From NCBI GenBank assembly GCA_963675665.1, contig OY776510.1:768001-832000 (forward strand): 64,000 nucleotides of DNA, in the 5' to 3' direction. This DNA comes from Spirochaetia bacterium (GTDB lineage: Bacteria; Spirochaetota; Spirochaetia; UBA9216). The translations under genes were made by a program, and so were the position numbers. Numbering within the stretch: the first letter of the stretch is position 1; each line of letters begins with the position of its first letter. Of this stretch, positions 32,155 to 42,190 are shown one piece after another. A model generated the notes under the pieces. It was not told where the DNA came from, searched no databases, and worked only from the letters and a program-made list of their open reading frames with translations.

Positions 32155-33065
32155 TATTCTTTCACCTTTTTTAATTTAGAATCTATAATATTATTTAACC
32201 CGTCAGAAAGATCAATTTTTGGTTTCCAGGCAAAATCCTTTAAAATTCTATTACCCGATAAATTATAATTCATTACTTCACCATTTCTATATGGCAAAGC
32301 TCCAATATTCAGCAAATTCCGTTTATCTAAAATCTCAGCTATATTTATAGCTATTTCTTTAATCTGGTATTGTTTGTTCGAGCAAATATTATATACCCAA
32401 TGTTCCGAAAGCTCTTTCTCAATTAAAATTGATATTATATCAATTAAATCATCAATATATAGAAAATCACGCCATTGCTCACCTTTTGTCATTTTAAATT
32501 CTTCATTTTTAATCAAGGTATTAATCATTTGTGGAATAAACATAGTTTCATCCTGATCCGGACCATAAACAACGGATGGTCGCAAATATAAAATAGGAAG
32601 ATTATATTCACGTAAATAATAATTACATAAATTAAATAAGCATTGCTTTGAGAAAGAATAAGCATTTATTGGTTTTGTTGGAGTTTCTTCTGTGATAATA
32701 CAATCTGTTCTTCCATATTCTTCTGCAGAACCTAAAACAATAATTTTCTTTGTTTTGTTATAATGTTGCATAATATCAAATAGATTAAGGGCACCAATAA
32801 AATTAATATTTATAGATTCTAAAAAAACATTATAATCTACTAATCGCTTTTTTATCCCGGCAAGGTGTATTATCATATCTGGTTCTGTTTTATCTATAAT
32901 TTTTTCTAATTCATTCTTATTTAATAAATCGACACAATAATGTTGCTGCTTTTCATTATCTGTTTCAATTCTATCAATCGTTATAACAGTATAATTATTA
33001 CGAAGATATTCTGCTAATTTTATTCCTATGTAGCCATTACCCCCAGTAATAAGCACTTTATTCAC
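32151..33065 (-). CDS. NAD-dependent epimerase/4-reductase (extended SDR)
   Basis: TGGNGYIG, GSAEEYG, YSFSK, VYGP.Q, GEQWRDF. Confidence 0.85.
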   Translation of the reverse strand: MNKVLITGGNGYIGIKLAEYLRNNYTVITIDRIETDNEKQQHYCVDLLNKNELEKIIDKTEPDMIIHLAGIKKRLVDYNVFLESININFIGALNLFDIMQHYNKTKKIIVLGSAEEYGRTDCIITEETPTKPINAYSFSKQCLFNLCNYYLREYNLPILYLRPSVVYGPDQDETMFIPQMINTLIKNEEFKMTKGEQWRDFLYIDDLIDIISILIEKELSEHWVYNICSNKQYQIKEIAINIAEILDKRNLLNIGALPYRNGEVMNYNLSGNRILKDFAWKPKIDLSDGLNNIIDSKLKKVKEY

Positions 33066-34272
33066 TTATTCCTCCAGTTCCCAACATTTGCTGTTTTTTT
33101 ATAGCCAAATTAACAATAGTTATTGAAAACCAAAACAAAGGCCATGCAAAGAAATCAAAAGCCAGATTGATTATAATGACATATACTAATAAACGATAAT
33201 TATCCTTTAGAACTTTTTTAATAATATATATTAATACACCAAAATATAAAAAGCCCTGTTCTATCACCAAATTTAAAATCCCGGAGCCAAAGCCACGATC
33301 AAAATCTCCAACAAACCCGATGCCATATCCGAATAAGAAAGTTTTTAAATTCATATTTAAAACAAGTTTTATTCCTGCTATATATCTCATAATTCTATCA
33401 TTAATTGAAGAATATCTTAATAAGAGACTACTGCTTATCAACAACAACAATACTACAACTACTGTAAAAAATATTAATAATATTTTTCTTTTTAATGCTC
33501 TATCTGATCTTAAAAAGTCGATACTGTAACTGATAATAACAGAACTTATAATTGCAATAATACCTGTAAAAGAAAAAGTTAATATCACTGATGTGCATAA
33601 CATTAATATAAAGAATCTTCTCTTTCTTTTTGGGAGAATTAATGAATTACAAAATACTAAATTCAATCCCAAGAAGCTTGCAAGGATTCCCGGTTCAGTA
33701 AAAAAACCACACATTCTTGGAACCCGTAAACCTCCAAAATATTTATATATAAAATTTCCAAATATATAGTTTCCATAATATGGATATATTGAATCTTTTA
33801 TTAAAAGATGGTATTTAAACAGCGATGGCATTAAATTTACTATAAAAAAGCCTATTACTAATTGAAACATTAATATCCAAACAAAAAATATATATATTTT
33901 TTTTAAATAATAATCTGTTTCAAAGGATTGCTCTATATATTTATAAATTAATAAAAAAATTAATATTTTATTCGCTCTGGAAACAAAAGTATCAAAAGCA
34001 ATTGATACAAAAAAGATTTTAATAAATATCATTATCAAAAAGAGCAACAATAATATTTTTAATCTTTTATACAGAAAATGAACCAGAAGCAGATATAGTA
34101 CTATAATAAATTCTATACTGATACGAAATAATGGATTTATATAATTTTCAGCAAAGATATAAGGAGGATATATCACAATATAAAAAAGTAATAATAATGA
34201 AAAAAAGTAATTAAAGAACTCTTTTGATTTAAATTTTCGTTTAATTATTTCATTCTCTGCGGTTGAACTCAT
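33058..34272 (-). CDS. Wzy/O-antigen-ligase-like polytopic membrane protein
   Basis: About 10 TM helices; R..GFF.EPG, S...R, LFGYGIG, EQG. Confidence 0.65.
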   Translation of the reverse strand: MSSTAENEIIKRKFKSKEFFNYFFSLLLLFYIVIYPPYIFAENYINPLFRISIEFIIVLYLLLVHFLYKRLKILLLLFLIMIFIKIFFVSIAFDTFVSRANKILIFLLIYKYIEQSFETDYYLKKIYIFFVWILMFQLVIGFFIVNLMPSLFKYHLLIKDSIYPYYGNYIFGNFIYKYFGGLRVPRMCGFFTEPGILASFLGLNLVFCNSLILPKRKRRFFILMLCTSVILTFSFTGIIAIISSVIISYSIDFLRSDRALKRKILLIFFTVVVVLLLLISSSLLLRYSSINDRIMRYIAGIKLVLNMNLKTFLFGYGIGFVGDFDRGFGSGILNLVIEQGFLYFGVLIYIIKKVLKDNYRLLVYVIIINLAFDFFAWPLFWFSITIVNLAIKKQQMLGTGGISE

Positions 34273-34276
34273 TATA

Positions 34277-36034
34277 TTAAGTTCCTATAAATAGTTCATC
34301 TTTATTGATTTCATTAAGATTACCATTTTTAATTTCATAGATATATTCACAGTTTCGTAAAGTAGAAACTCTATGCGCAACAATTATAATTGTCTTCTTA
34401 TTCATAAGAAAATCAATCGATTGAGAAATTTCCATTTCTGTTTTGGAATCCAATGCAGACGTAGCCTCATCAAACACCAATATCTCAGGGTTCCTATATA
34501 ACGCACGAGCAATACCTATTCTTTGTCTTTGCCCTCCTGATAGCCTAGTTCCCCGATCTCCTATCTTAGTATTTAGACCATCTGGTAAACTCTTTATTAA
34601 ATCATCCAATCTGGCCATCTTTATTACATTCTCTATTTGCTCCTGGTCAATATCACTCTCTTCAATCCCAAAAGCAATATTTGATTTTATACTGTCATCT
34701 GTTAAATAAATATCTTGGGGAACGAACCCTAATATTTTCATCCAGGAATCATGATGTTCCAGAGTACTGTATCCATCAATTAAAATATCACCAGAGGTTG
34801 GATATAATAAGCCAAGAATAATATTCATAAATGTTGTCTTTCCTGAACCAGAAGGGCCAATGAACCCTATTGCCGTGTTACGTTTAATCTTCAGATTAAC
34901 ATTATTTAATACAATATCTCCTTCATGTTTTGGATAATAAAAATCAAGATTCTTGAAATATATTTCTTTTAAATTACCAAAATCAACATTTTTATTTTCC
35001 AATTGTCTAGATATTTTATAATCTTCTAAATTATTAAACGCTTTATAAACGGTATCCAGTGCTACTTTTGAATATCTTATCTGAATAATACCTGCCATCA
35101 AACGATTAATTGCCGGCATTACCTTAAACATTGCCGCACCATACAAGGCTAAAATAGGAAAAAATGTGGTAAAATCTTTATTCCTTGCTATAATTATCAG
35201 AATAAAAACCATCATTACAATGATTGCACTACTTTCAATTATCAATTTTGGTAATTTTCCAACTATATCATTGTAAACAGAACTTTCTCTTAGTTTTTTA
35301 TAACTTTTTCTGCTTTTATTTAAAAAATAACTATACCTGTTCAATATTTTTAAATCTTTAATTCCCCCAATGCCCTGATTTATCCACTTTAATGTTTCGG
35401 ATTCATTTTCTTGCCTTATCTTACCAACTTCAGTTAAACGCTTTCTGATCTTTCTATAAAAAACAAAATTGATAAATCCGAGGATGCCAATAATTGTTAA
35501 CGTCCCTACAGGTTCAGTATATATTAATAACGTAAAAATTAATAATAAAAGAACTCCATCAGTTAGAACCAGAACTAGACAAGTAATAATTCGCTGAAAA
35601 ATAATCGGGATCTCGGTTTTTATATTTCTAACAATAATTGAAGGGTTTTCATTTAGAAAAAAGTAATAATCAGCTTTTAGATAACTATAAAACATTGATA
35701 CTGATAAATTTTCTATACCTCGATAATAGAAATTGTTCTGAAATAGCATAATCAATATTTGTAAAATCGTTTTAATTAAAATAAAAATAATTACAGCTAT
35801 ACATATTACTAACATTTTTTGAGAGAATGTGCTGGTGTTTATTAAAATAAAAAATTGATTCAACAATACATTTTCTTTTAGAATTTCCGGCTGAGTTAAA
35901 ACTTGAAAAATTGGCATAACACCTGCCACCAACAACAACTCTAAAATACTATAAAGAATTGATGTTAATACAAGAGGAATAGTACCTTTAATTTTATCTG
36001 ATTTAACCAGGATATATTTCAGTTTATGGAACAT
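34277..36034 (-). CDS. ABC exporter (TMD-NBD fusion), PglK/Wzk-like glycan flippase
   Basis: 6 TM plus GPSGSGKT, LSGGQRQR, FDEATSALD, AHR; embedded in glycan cluster. Confidence 0.8.
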   Translation of the reverse strand: MFHKLKYILVKSDKIKGTIPLVLTSILYSILELLLVAGVMPIFQVLTQPEILKENVLLNQFFILINTSTFSQKMLVICIAVIIFILIKTILQILIMLFQNNFYYRGIENLSVSMFYSYLKADYYFFLNENPSIIVRNIKTEIPIIFQRIITCLVLVLTDGVLLLLIFTLLIYTEPVGTLTIIGILGFINFVFYRKIRKRLTEVGKIRQENESETLKWINQGIGGIKDLKILNRYSYFLNKSRKSYKKLRESSVYNDIVGKLPKLIIESSAIIVMMVFILIIIARNKDFTTFFPILALYGAAMFKVMPAINRLMAGIIQIRYSKVALDTVYKAFNNLEDYKISRQLENKNVDFGNLKEIYFKNLDFYYPKHEGDIVLNNVNLKIKRNTAIGFIGPSGSGKTTFMNIILGLLYPTSGDILIDGYSTLEHHDSWMKILGFVPQDIYLTDDSIKSNIAFGIEESDIDQEQIENVIKMARLDDLIKSLPDGLNTKIGDRGTRLSGGQRQRIGIARALYRNPEILVFDEATSALDSKTEMEISQSIDFLMNKKTIIIVAHRVSTLRNCEYIYEIKNGNLNEINKDELFIGT

Positions 36035-36067
36035 TTATTTATCCTTAATCATATTAATTTTAACACT

Positions 36068-37321
36068 TTATTTTTCAAAAAAATAATCCTTAATCAAATC
36101 CGGTTTAAACTCTCGCCCCATATAACAATCGAGAAAAGCCTCCGAATCAATATGTAAATTCCCTTTTAAAACTTCATATAATTCACTTTCACTAAAAGTT
36201 GTTATTATGTTTTTATCAGATCCATCAAAAGGTGGTACAATTTTATAATTAAATAAATCATATCCCTTTTTACTACCATGAGGCTCAAAAACAATATAAT
36301 TCTTTCCAACAAGAAGGGTATTAAGAATTACAGTACTTGCAGGACCTATAACAATAGACGAATTATTTAACGATGTTTCTAAATTTAAATTATCAAAAGA
36401 ATAAAATTTTGTATCAATAACTCTCTTATACCATGCAATACTTTCTGAAGGATGCAATCTTAATATCGCACTTTTAACGCCTGCTTTTTTCAATGCGTTC
36501 TTTACAAGTTCTGTATATAAATAACTATTAATACAATGATCAATATTGTTTATTGTACTATCACTTATTGCTCCTGCAGCTACTTTCGTGACGACAAGAA
36601 CATTGCCTGATTCCATTTTAGCATTTTGTTTCTCTCGATTAATCTTAATCCTATCATTTATGGCAGGATGTCCAGTAACAATTATTTTATCACATGCAAC
36701 TCCTGCATCAATATAATTCTTTTTGATACTTTCACCCCAGACAAATAATTTATCCGCTCTATTGTCATCAATATTGTTATATCTTGCAGGGAGGCCATGT
36801 AAAAAAACTGCATTTGGTCTTTCTAATTCTGTAAAAATTTCAATGGATTTTTTCTCAAAAAAAGGAAGATCATATGGAACCAATAAAGCTTTAACATTTT
36901 GTTTATAATAACTATATAAAAAATCATAAATTCGATTTTTTAATAAAAGAAAATCTTCCGAAAAAAAATAATTAATATTATTATTGTTTAAGAAGCTTTT
37001 TAACTTTCTTAAGGATAGATATTTATCATCATACTGCCACGACTCCCAAATCGGTCTTTTAATTATTACACCCTCAAAACAATTAATATTTGATAAATCA
37101 ATATAGCTGTTTGATTGAATAACTTTACTTGTATATATAGGAACTTTTTTAGGATATAATGATAATGTATTTTTTATTACTAATTTTATATGATTCTTAA
37201 TTTTATTATGTATCGGGCGCTTAAAATAATCTCCCGATTGTATAAATTTTCTCGATATTTCATAAGAAAAATCCTTTAACTCTGTTCTCTCTGTATATAG
37301 AGCCTTTAAAGATTCGTTCAT
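36068..37321 (-). CDS. Putative GT-B nonulosonate transferase
   Basis: LHG, VWGE, TGHP, RLHPSE, STV motifs; directly downstream of pseI (ATGA overlap). Confidence 0.45.
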   Translation of the reverse strand: MNESLKALYTERTELKDFSYEISRKFIQSGDYFKRPIHNKIKNHIKLVIKNTLSLYPKKVPIYTSKVIQSNSYIDLSNINCFEGVIIKRPIWESWQYDDKYLSLRKLKSFLNNNNINYFFSEDFLLLKNRIYDFLYSYYKQNVKALLVPYDLPFFEKKSIEIFTELERPNAVFLHGLPARYNNIDDNRADKLFVWGESIKKNYIDAGVACDKIIVTGHPAINDRIKINREKQNAKMESGNVLVVTKVAAGAISDSTINNIDHCINSYLYTELVKNALKKAGVKSAILRLHPSESIAWYKRVIDTKFYSFDNLNLETSLNNSSIVIGPASTVILNTLLVGKNYIVFEPHGSKKGYDLFNYKIVPPFDGSDKNIITTFSESELYEVLKGNLHIDSEAFLDCYMGREFKPDLIKDYFFEK

Positions 37322-38340
37322 TTTATATTTTTCCATTGTAAAGGACTTCCTTTTTTTAAATCACATTCAGCAGTTTTCCCTAAAATCCTTAACATGTGTT
37401 TTGGGTTTAAACCATCACCAGGTCTAATTGATCTAATATTTGTTTCGTTAAATTTATCTCCCTTTTTTATATCCTCTGTTACGAAAAGAGATCTTCTAAA
37501 CTGTCGATTTTTCTTCTTTTCATTATCCAAGCTATAAGATACACTTCCTATTGCCTTTTCTACATTACGAATAGATTCAACCATCTGCTTAAACTGTACA
37601 GGCTCAATAGAAAATTCGGAATCAACACCTCCATTATTACGATCAAGTATAAAATGTTTTTCTATCACCTGGGCACCCATTGCAACAGCTGCAATAGCAA
37701 CATCATTTACTAAAGAATGGTCAGATAATCCTACTTTTACACCAAAAGTCTCCATCATATTTACCATAGTCTTCAGATTAGCATCCGCTATTGGCGCAGG
37801 GTAACTTGAAGTACATTTTAATAATGTTATATCGTTATTGCCAACTTTTCTGCAAGCTTCGACAGCTTTTTGTATTTCACCTATTGTTGCTATTCCTGTC
37901 GACATAATCATAGGCTTTCCCTTCAAGGCTGTATATTCAATAAGAGGTATATCTCCAATCTCAAAAGATGCAATTTTATATGCAGGCATATCCAGTGATT
38001 CTAAAAAATCTACTGCTGTCTTATCGAAAGGCGAGGAAAAACAAATAAGATCTATACTTTCTGCATATTCCTTCAAAGATTCATGCCATTCCCATGGGGT
38101 ATAAGCTTCACTATATAATTTATATAAAGTAGTTCCATCCCACAAAGTGCCATGCTTAATTTGAAAGTATTCATTATCACAGTCAAGAGTTATAGTATCG
38201 GCAGTATATGTCTGGAGTTTTACAGCATCTGCACCAGCTTCTTTCATTGCACATATAGTTTCAATTGCTAATTTATAATCATGTGCATGGTTTGCAGAAA
38301 GTTCTGCAATTATTAACACAGAATTATTTTCTTTTTTCAT
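37318..38340 (-). CDS. pseI: Pseudaminic acid synthase
   Basis: IIAELSANH, KLQTYTADTIT, YKIASFE, LKCTSSYP, GLSDH, IEKHF, C-terminal SAF domain; AGGAGA RBS before ATG 38340. Confidence 0.9.
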   Translation of the reverse strand: MKKENNSVLIIAELSANHAHDYKLAIETICAMKEAGADAVKLQTYTADTITLDCDNEYFQIKHGTLWDGTTLYKLYSEAYTPWEWHESLKEYAESIDLICFSSPFDKTAVDFLESLDMPAYKIASFEIGDIPLIEYTALKGKPMIMSTGIATIGEIQKAVEACRKVGNNDITLLKCTSSYPAPIADANLKTMVNMMETFGVKVGLSDHSLVNDVAIAAVAMGAQVIEKHFILDRNNGGVDSEFSIEPVQFKQMVESIRNVEKAIGSVSYSLDNEKKKNRQFRRSLFVTEDIKKGDKFNETNIRSIRPGDGLNPKHMLRILGKTAECDLKKGSPLQWKNIK

Positions 38341-38350
38341 ATACTCTCCT

Positions 38351-40639
38351 TTATGAGCGTTTATCATAATACCAAACCTGCATAAATCCATCTTTATCAA
38401 CAATTGTACTTTCAGGAAGTTCCCAGTATGGGTTCCATTTAATTCTATCATCATATCGATAAGAAGTTTGTAACAAGATTCGACTATCTTCTCTTTTAAT
38501 TATACTTTTTTCATATAATGTTATTTTACCGATATCAGTCATTAACGCTAATTGAGGTTTTGCTCTTCCAGAAAGATATCCTGATGTTGTTAATTGTTTT
38601 ACTAATGATAAACTTTCATCGATTGTTGTTCTAAAATGCTCAGAACCTTTAATTGGAACACAGTGAAAAAGATAATGATTCTCTATTCCGAGATACCTCA
38701 TTTCATCACATACGTTTATTAATTCCTCTACAGAATTATTCACATCCTTTAATAAAACAGTCTGATTATAAATATTCACATATTCTCTAATTTTTAAAAA
38801 TGCTTCTTTTACCTCAGGAAAGAGTTCAACTGAATGATTTATTTGCGTTGCCATTTCAATCTGAAATGAATATTTTCTTTTAAAAAGGGAAAGAATGTTA
38901 TCATTAATTGCTGAGGGTTGATGAATTGGTATTCTGCTTGCGATTCTAACAATTTTTATATTATGAGGATGTCGTTCCAATTCATCTAAAAATCGAATTA
39001 TTTTCGAGGGTACAAGCAGAGGATCTCCTCCTGTAATTAATAATTCCCTAACATCTTCTAATTCTGGTAATTTGCTGATACTTCTAGCAATTCTGTTTAA
39101 ATCATCTTGCGATAACGCGAAAGGCGAATAGAATTGCCGAAGGCAATGTCTACAATTTGCCAGACATTGAAGCATTGGTTCAATAATCAATACTCTTCGA
39201 TATAATCGCTCCAATCCTAATAATCTTTTATTCTCAAACTCAAATAAGGAAGAGGCTTCATAATGTTTCAACATTGATTTTTCATTTCTTCTCTGATCTG
39301 GCGTTGTATTAATATAAAATTGATTTTTTAAAACTCTTTGTACTGTCGAATCAGAATTATTTTCTGCGTGCTTTAATTTATTTTGTACAAAAGGACTTAC
39401 CCTAAAACCAGATGTACCCTTTGCCCTCTTTTTAGAGTCTACTACAACCGTAACAATATCTTCAACTGTATTTATAAAATCTACAGCTTCATTCAAATCA
39501 TTAAATTCAAATGCCACAACACCTAAAGTATTGTCTCCTATAGAAAACTCATTTACTTCATCACCTACTTCAGCAATTTGATGTTCAAAAACAATCTTAT
39601 CAATATATTCAGATTTTACTTCATATCCGTTAAACAAACCTTCTTGGTAACTATTTAAAATGTATGACACTATTGGCTTTCGCGAATATTCTTTTTTAAC
39701 TAAATAACATTCTCCAAAGGCTGAATAAATCGAAGCTTCCGTCATATCAAATCCGGACGATAACTGTATCATATTAGGTACAAATATTCCTCCGTTACGT
39801 AGAGCAATGTCAATAATATAAATATCTTCACCAACTTTAAAGCCATCAAAATTGATACATCCACTATTTAAATTTAATTCAGTAATAATACTTTGAAACT
39901 GTTCATCCAAGTTTCTTTCTACTTCTTCATTAAAGACACCAGGAAAAATTTCGCCTACTGGCACATTAAATTTTGAATTTTTTTTAAAATAATTATGGCC
40001 ATAATAAGAAAATGCAATTTTACCATTTTGAAAGAATACATCTCCATCTAATTCCAACATTGTTTTATTTAATTTTTTCTCAATTATAATCTCTTTTGAC
40101 ATTGAATTATCAATTGCATATTTTAATGCTTTATTTAATTTATCTTGACAATCAATAATAGATTGACCTCTTGATCCTCCAGAATCAACAGGTTTAATAA
40201 TAATCTCTCCAGTCTTTTCCAAAAGATCATAAATATCTTTGACATTGGAATCTTCATTATAAACAATAAATTCTGGATAAGGTAATCCTATCCTTTTCTG
40301 CATATTTCTAAATTTGCCTTTGTCTTGTAATACAATAGCAGCTTCAATCGGATTTCCTGGTAACTGTAGCTTTTCAGCAACAAATGATACTGTTTCTACA
40401 GCCGCATTCGCTGCATATGTCATTATTGCATCAATCTTGTATTCGATAGCTGCCTCTAAAACTTTCTGCTTTTCTATAGTAGAAAGTTTTAAAGATAAAT
40501 CACTATAGCAATGTCCGATCTCTGTTAAATCTTTACTTACCGTTATAACTATGCAACCCAACTCTTTTGCTTTTTTTATTGCAGGTAACTGATAAGGAGA
40601 TGCTCCTAAAAACATTAATCTTTTAAATTTAAACTTCAC
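38351..40639 (-). CDS. Fusion of ATP-grasp ligase (N-term) and KamA-like radical-SAM aminomutase (C-term)
   Basis: LGAS..Q.PAI, DK..FR, IKPVDSGGSRG; then CLANCRHCLR, ITGGDPL, NH..E, NQTVLL.DVN, GK. Confidence 0.85.
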   Translation of the reverse strand: MKFKFKRLMFLGASPYQLPAIKKAKELGCIVITVSKDLTEIGHCYSDLSLKLSTIEKQKVLEAAIEYKIDAIMTYAANAAVETVSFVAEKLQLPGNPIEAAIVLQDKGKFRNMQKRIGLPYPEFIVYNEDSNVKDIYDLLEKTGEIIIKPVDSGGSRGQSIIDCQDKLNKALKYAIDNSMSKEIIIEKKLNKTMLELDGDVFFQNGKIAFSYYGHNYFKKNSKFNVPVGEIFPGVFNEEVERNLDEQFQSIITELNLNSGCINFDGFKVGEDIYIIDIALRNGGIFVPNMIQLSSGFDMTEASIYSAFGECYLVKKEYSRKPIVSYILNSYQEGLFNGYEVKSEYIDKIVFEHQIAEVGDEVNEFSIGDNTLGVVAFEFNDLNEAVDFINTVEDIVTVVVDSKKRAKGTSGFRVSPFVQNKLKHAENNSDSTVQRVLKNQFYINTTPDQRRNEKSMLKHYEASSLFEFENKRLLGLERLYRRVLIIEPMLQCLANCRHCLRQFYSPFALSQDDLNRIARSISKLPELEDVRELLITGGDPLLVPSKIIRFLDELERHPHNIKIVRIASRIPIHQPSAINDNILSLFKRKYSFQIEMATQINHSVELFPEVKEAFLKIREYVNIYNQTVLLKDVNNSVEELINVCDEMRYLGIENHYLFHCVPIKGSEHFRTTIDESLSLVKQLTTSGYLSGRAKPQLALMTDIGKITLYEKSIIKREDSRILLQTSYRYDDRIKWNPYWELPESTIVDKDGFMQVWYYDKRS

Positions 40640-40651
40640 GTATTACTCCTT

Positions 40652-41407
40652 TTATTCTATTATCTTTTTTAATAAAATAATATCTTTTTCGAAATCATCT
40701 AGATTCTCCATACTCTTTTTTCTTGTTTCAAGACTAATCTTTTTTTCTATATTGATAATTTTAAATATTTTTCTAAAATTTAAATTACCTTCTCCAATAT
40801 TTAAATGATCGTCATAAGGAGTCCTGGTATCGGTATCTGATAAATGGTACATCTCTGGAGCTAAAATGTTAAATTCTTTTATATAATTAAAATAATCTTT
40901 ATCATAAAAAATTGCGGCTGCTATCGCATGACCAATATCAAGAACAAATCCTACATTTGCTTCTTCAATAATAAATTTTATCTCATTTGGTTTTGCACCA
41001 ATAAAACTTAAATCCTCTCCAAAAACAATCGCCGGAACATTCTCTATTAATACTCGTTCGTCATTAAATAATAACAATTGTCGAACAGTTTCATCAATAT
41101 CACCATTGGCTTCACTATGTAAAATTATGTAGCGAGCATTTAGATTATCTGTAAAGAATCTAATCTCTTTTAGTATTGAACTATTATAATTTTCAAGATC
41201 TCTATCTGATAGATTAAAACCATATTCCAAATGAGTACCATGTACAATAATGGGGATATTAGTCATTTTCCATAAATTAATAGTCTCAAGACTATTTGGT
41301 ACATAATAAATTTCTAGAAAATTAAAAATTTTTTTTTCATATAAATTTATTATACAATTATAATAATTTATATTTGTAGACCATATTTTTAATCCAAATT
41401 CAGACAT
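40652..41407 (-). CDS. Xylose-isomerase-like/AP-endonuclease-2 TIM-barrel metalloenzyme
   Basis: H..H, IEN.P, LDIGH, HLSD, D.HL.IGEG, LET. Confidence 0.75.
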   Translation of the reverse strand: MSEFGLKIWSTNINYYNCIINLYEKKIFNFLEIYYVPNSLETINLWKMTNIPIIVHGTHLEYGFNLSDRDLENYNSSILKEIRFFTDNLNARYIILHSEANGDIDETVRQLLLFNDERVLIENVPAIVFGEDLSFIGAKPNEIKFIIEEANVGFVLDIGHAIAAAIFYDKDYFNYIKEFNILAPEMYHLSDTDTRTPYDDHLNIGEGNLNFRKIFKIINIEKKISLETRKKSMENLDDFEKDIILLKKIIE

Positions 41408-42072
41408 CTAAATAAAACCTCAGCTATAGCCCAATCCTCTAGCGTATCAATATCTCGGACTTTTGTTTCTGGCATTATATATCCATATGCTTTATCTGAT
41501 AATACTGTATCATTTTCTATAAAAGCTGAAATATTAAAAAAATAAAATAGTCCTGCATCGTGATACATTTCTTCTAGATCTTGAGATCTTAAATTGGCAT
41601 TTCTTTCATCATAAAATTTCACAATATTGTTCTTCAATTGAAATGCGCGCTGAATCGGAAAAGGATACTTTACGACAGGAATTACACTGTCATATTCTTC
41701 CAACTTCAAATATGAATCATTTAATATGACAGAATTGATAAATGGTGCTGTAGGTAAAAGACAACAGCAATATTTAAATTGTCTATTTTCATTATAATAA
41801 TATTTTATGACTTCATGTAGAACATCTTCTATAGTAGCAGAATCGTTACTATTAATTTTATTTCTTAGATAGGGAACACTTGCTCCATAACTTTTAGCAA
41901 TCTTAGAAATTTCTAACGTGTCTGTTGAAACCATAACCTCATCAAAAATATTCGAATTTAAAGCTGCTTCAATAGAATATGAAATAATTGGTCTTCCACA
42001 GAATTCCTTTATGTTTTTTTTAGGAATTCGTTTACTCCCACCTCTTGCAGGAATTATACAAATATTACTCAT
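41389..42072 (-). CDS. pseF: CMP-pseudaminic acid synthetase (copy 2)
   Basis: IPARGGSKRIPKKN, MVSTD, PTAPF, RSQDLE..YHDAG, DIDT.EDW. Confidence 0.85.
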   Translation of the reverse strand: MSNICIIPARGGSKRIPKKNIKEFCGRPIISYSIEAALNSNIFDEVMVSTDTLEISKIAKSYGASVPYLRNKINSNDSATIEDVLHEVIKYYYNENRQFKYCCCLLPTAPFINSVILNDSYLKLEEYDSVIPVVKYPFPIQRAFQLKNNIVKFYDERNANLRSQDLEEMYHDAGLFYFFNISAFIENDTVLSDKAYGYIMPETKVRDIDTLEDWAIAEVLFRCLNLD

Positions 42073-42081
42073 TATAACTGC

Positions 42082-42190
42082 CTATTTAGAATTAATTATA
42101 GTGCTTTTATTGTTTTCGCTTATTTTATCTATGTCCCTTTCTGATAGCTCTGAGAACAAAGACAATGATAAAGCTTGTTTTTTAGCCTCT
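42082..42190 (-). pseudogene. Relic C-terminus of a PseC/DegT aminotransferase
   Basis: Minus frame reads EAKKQALSLSLFSELSERDIDKIS, similar to PseC end YEATLSLPLYPDL; immediately upstream of pseF copy 2. Confidence 0.55.

Noticed and set aside
38351-40639. Calling the KamA domain EpmB (EF-P modification) or catabolic lysine aminomutase
   Set aside because: No efp/epmA or lysine-fermentation genes nearby; it is fused to an ATP-grasp domain and the lysine-binding aspartates appear replaced
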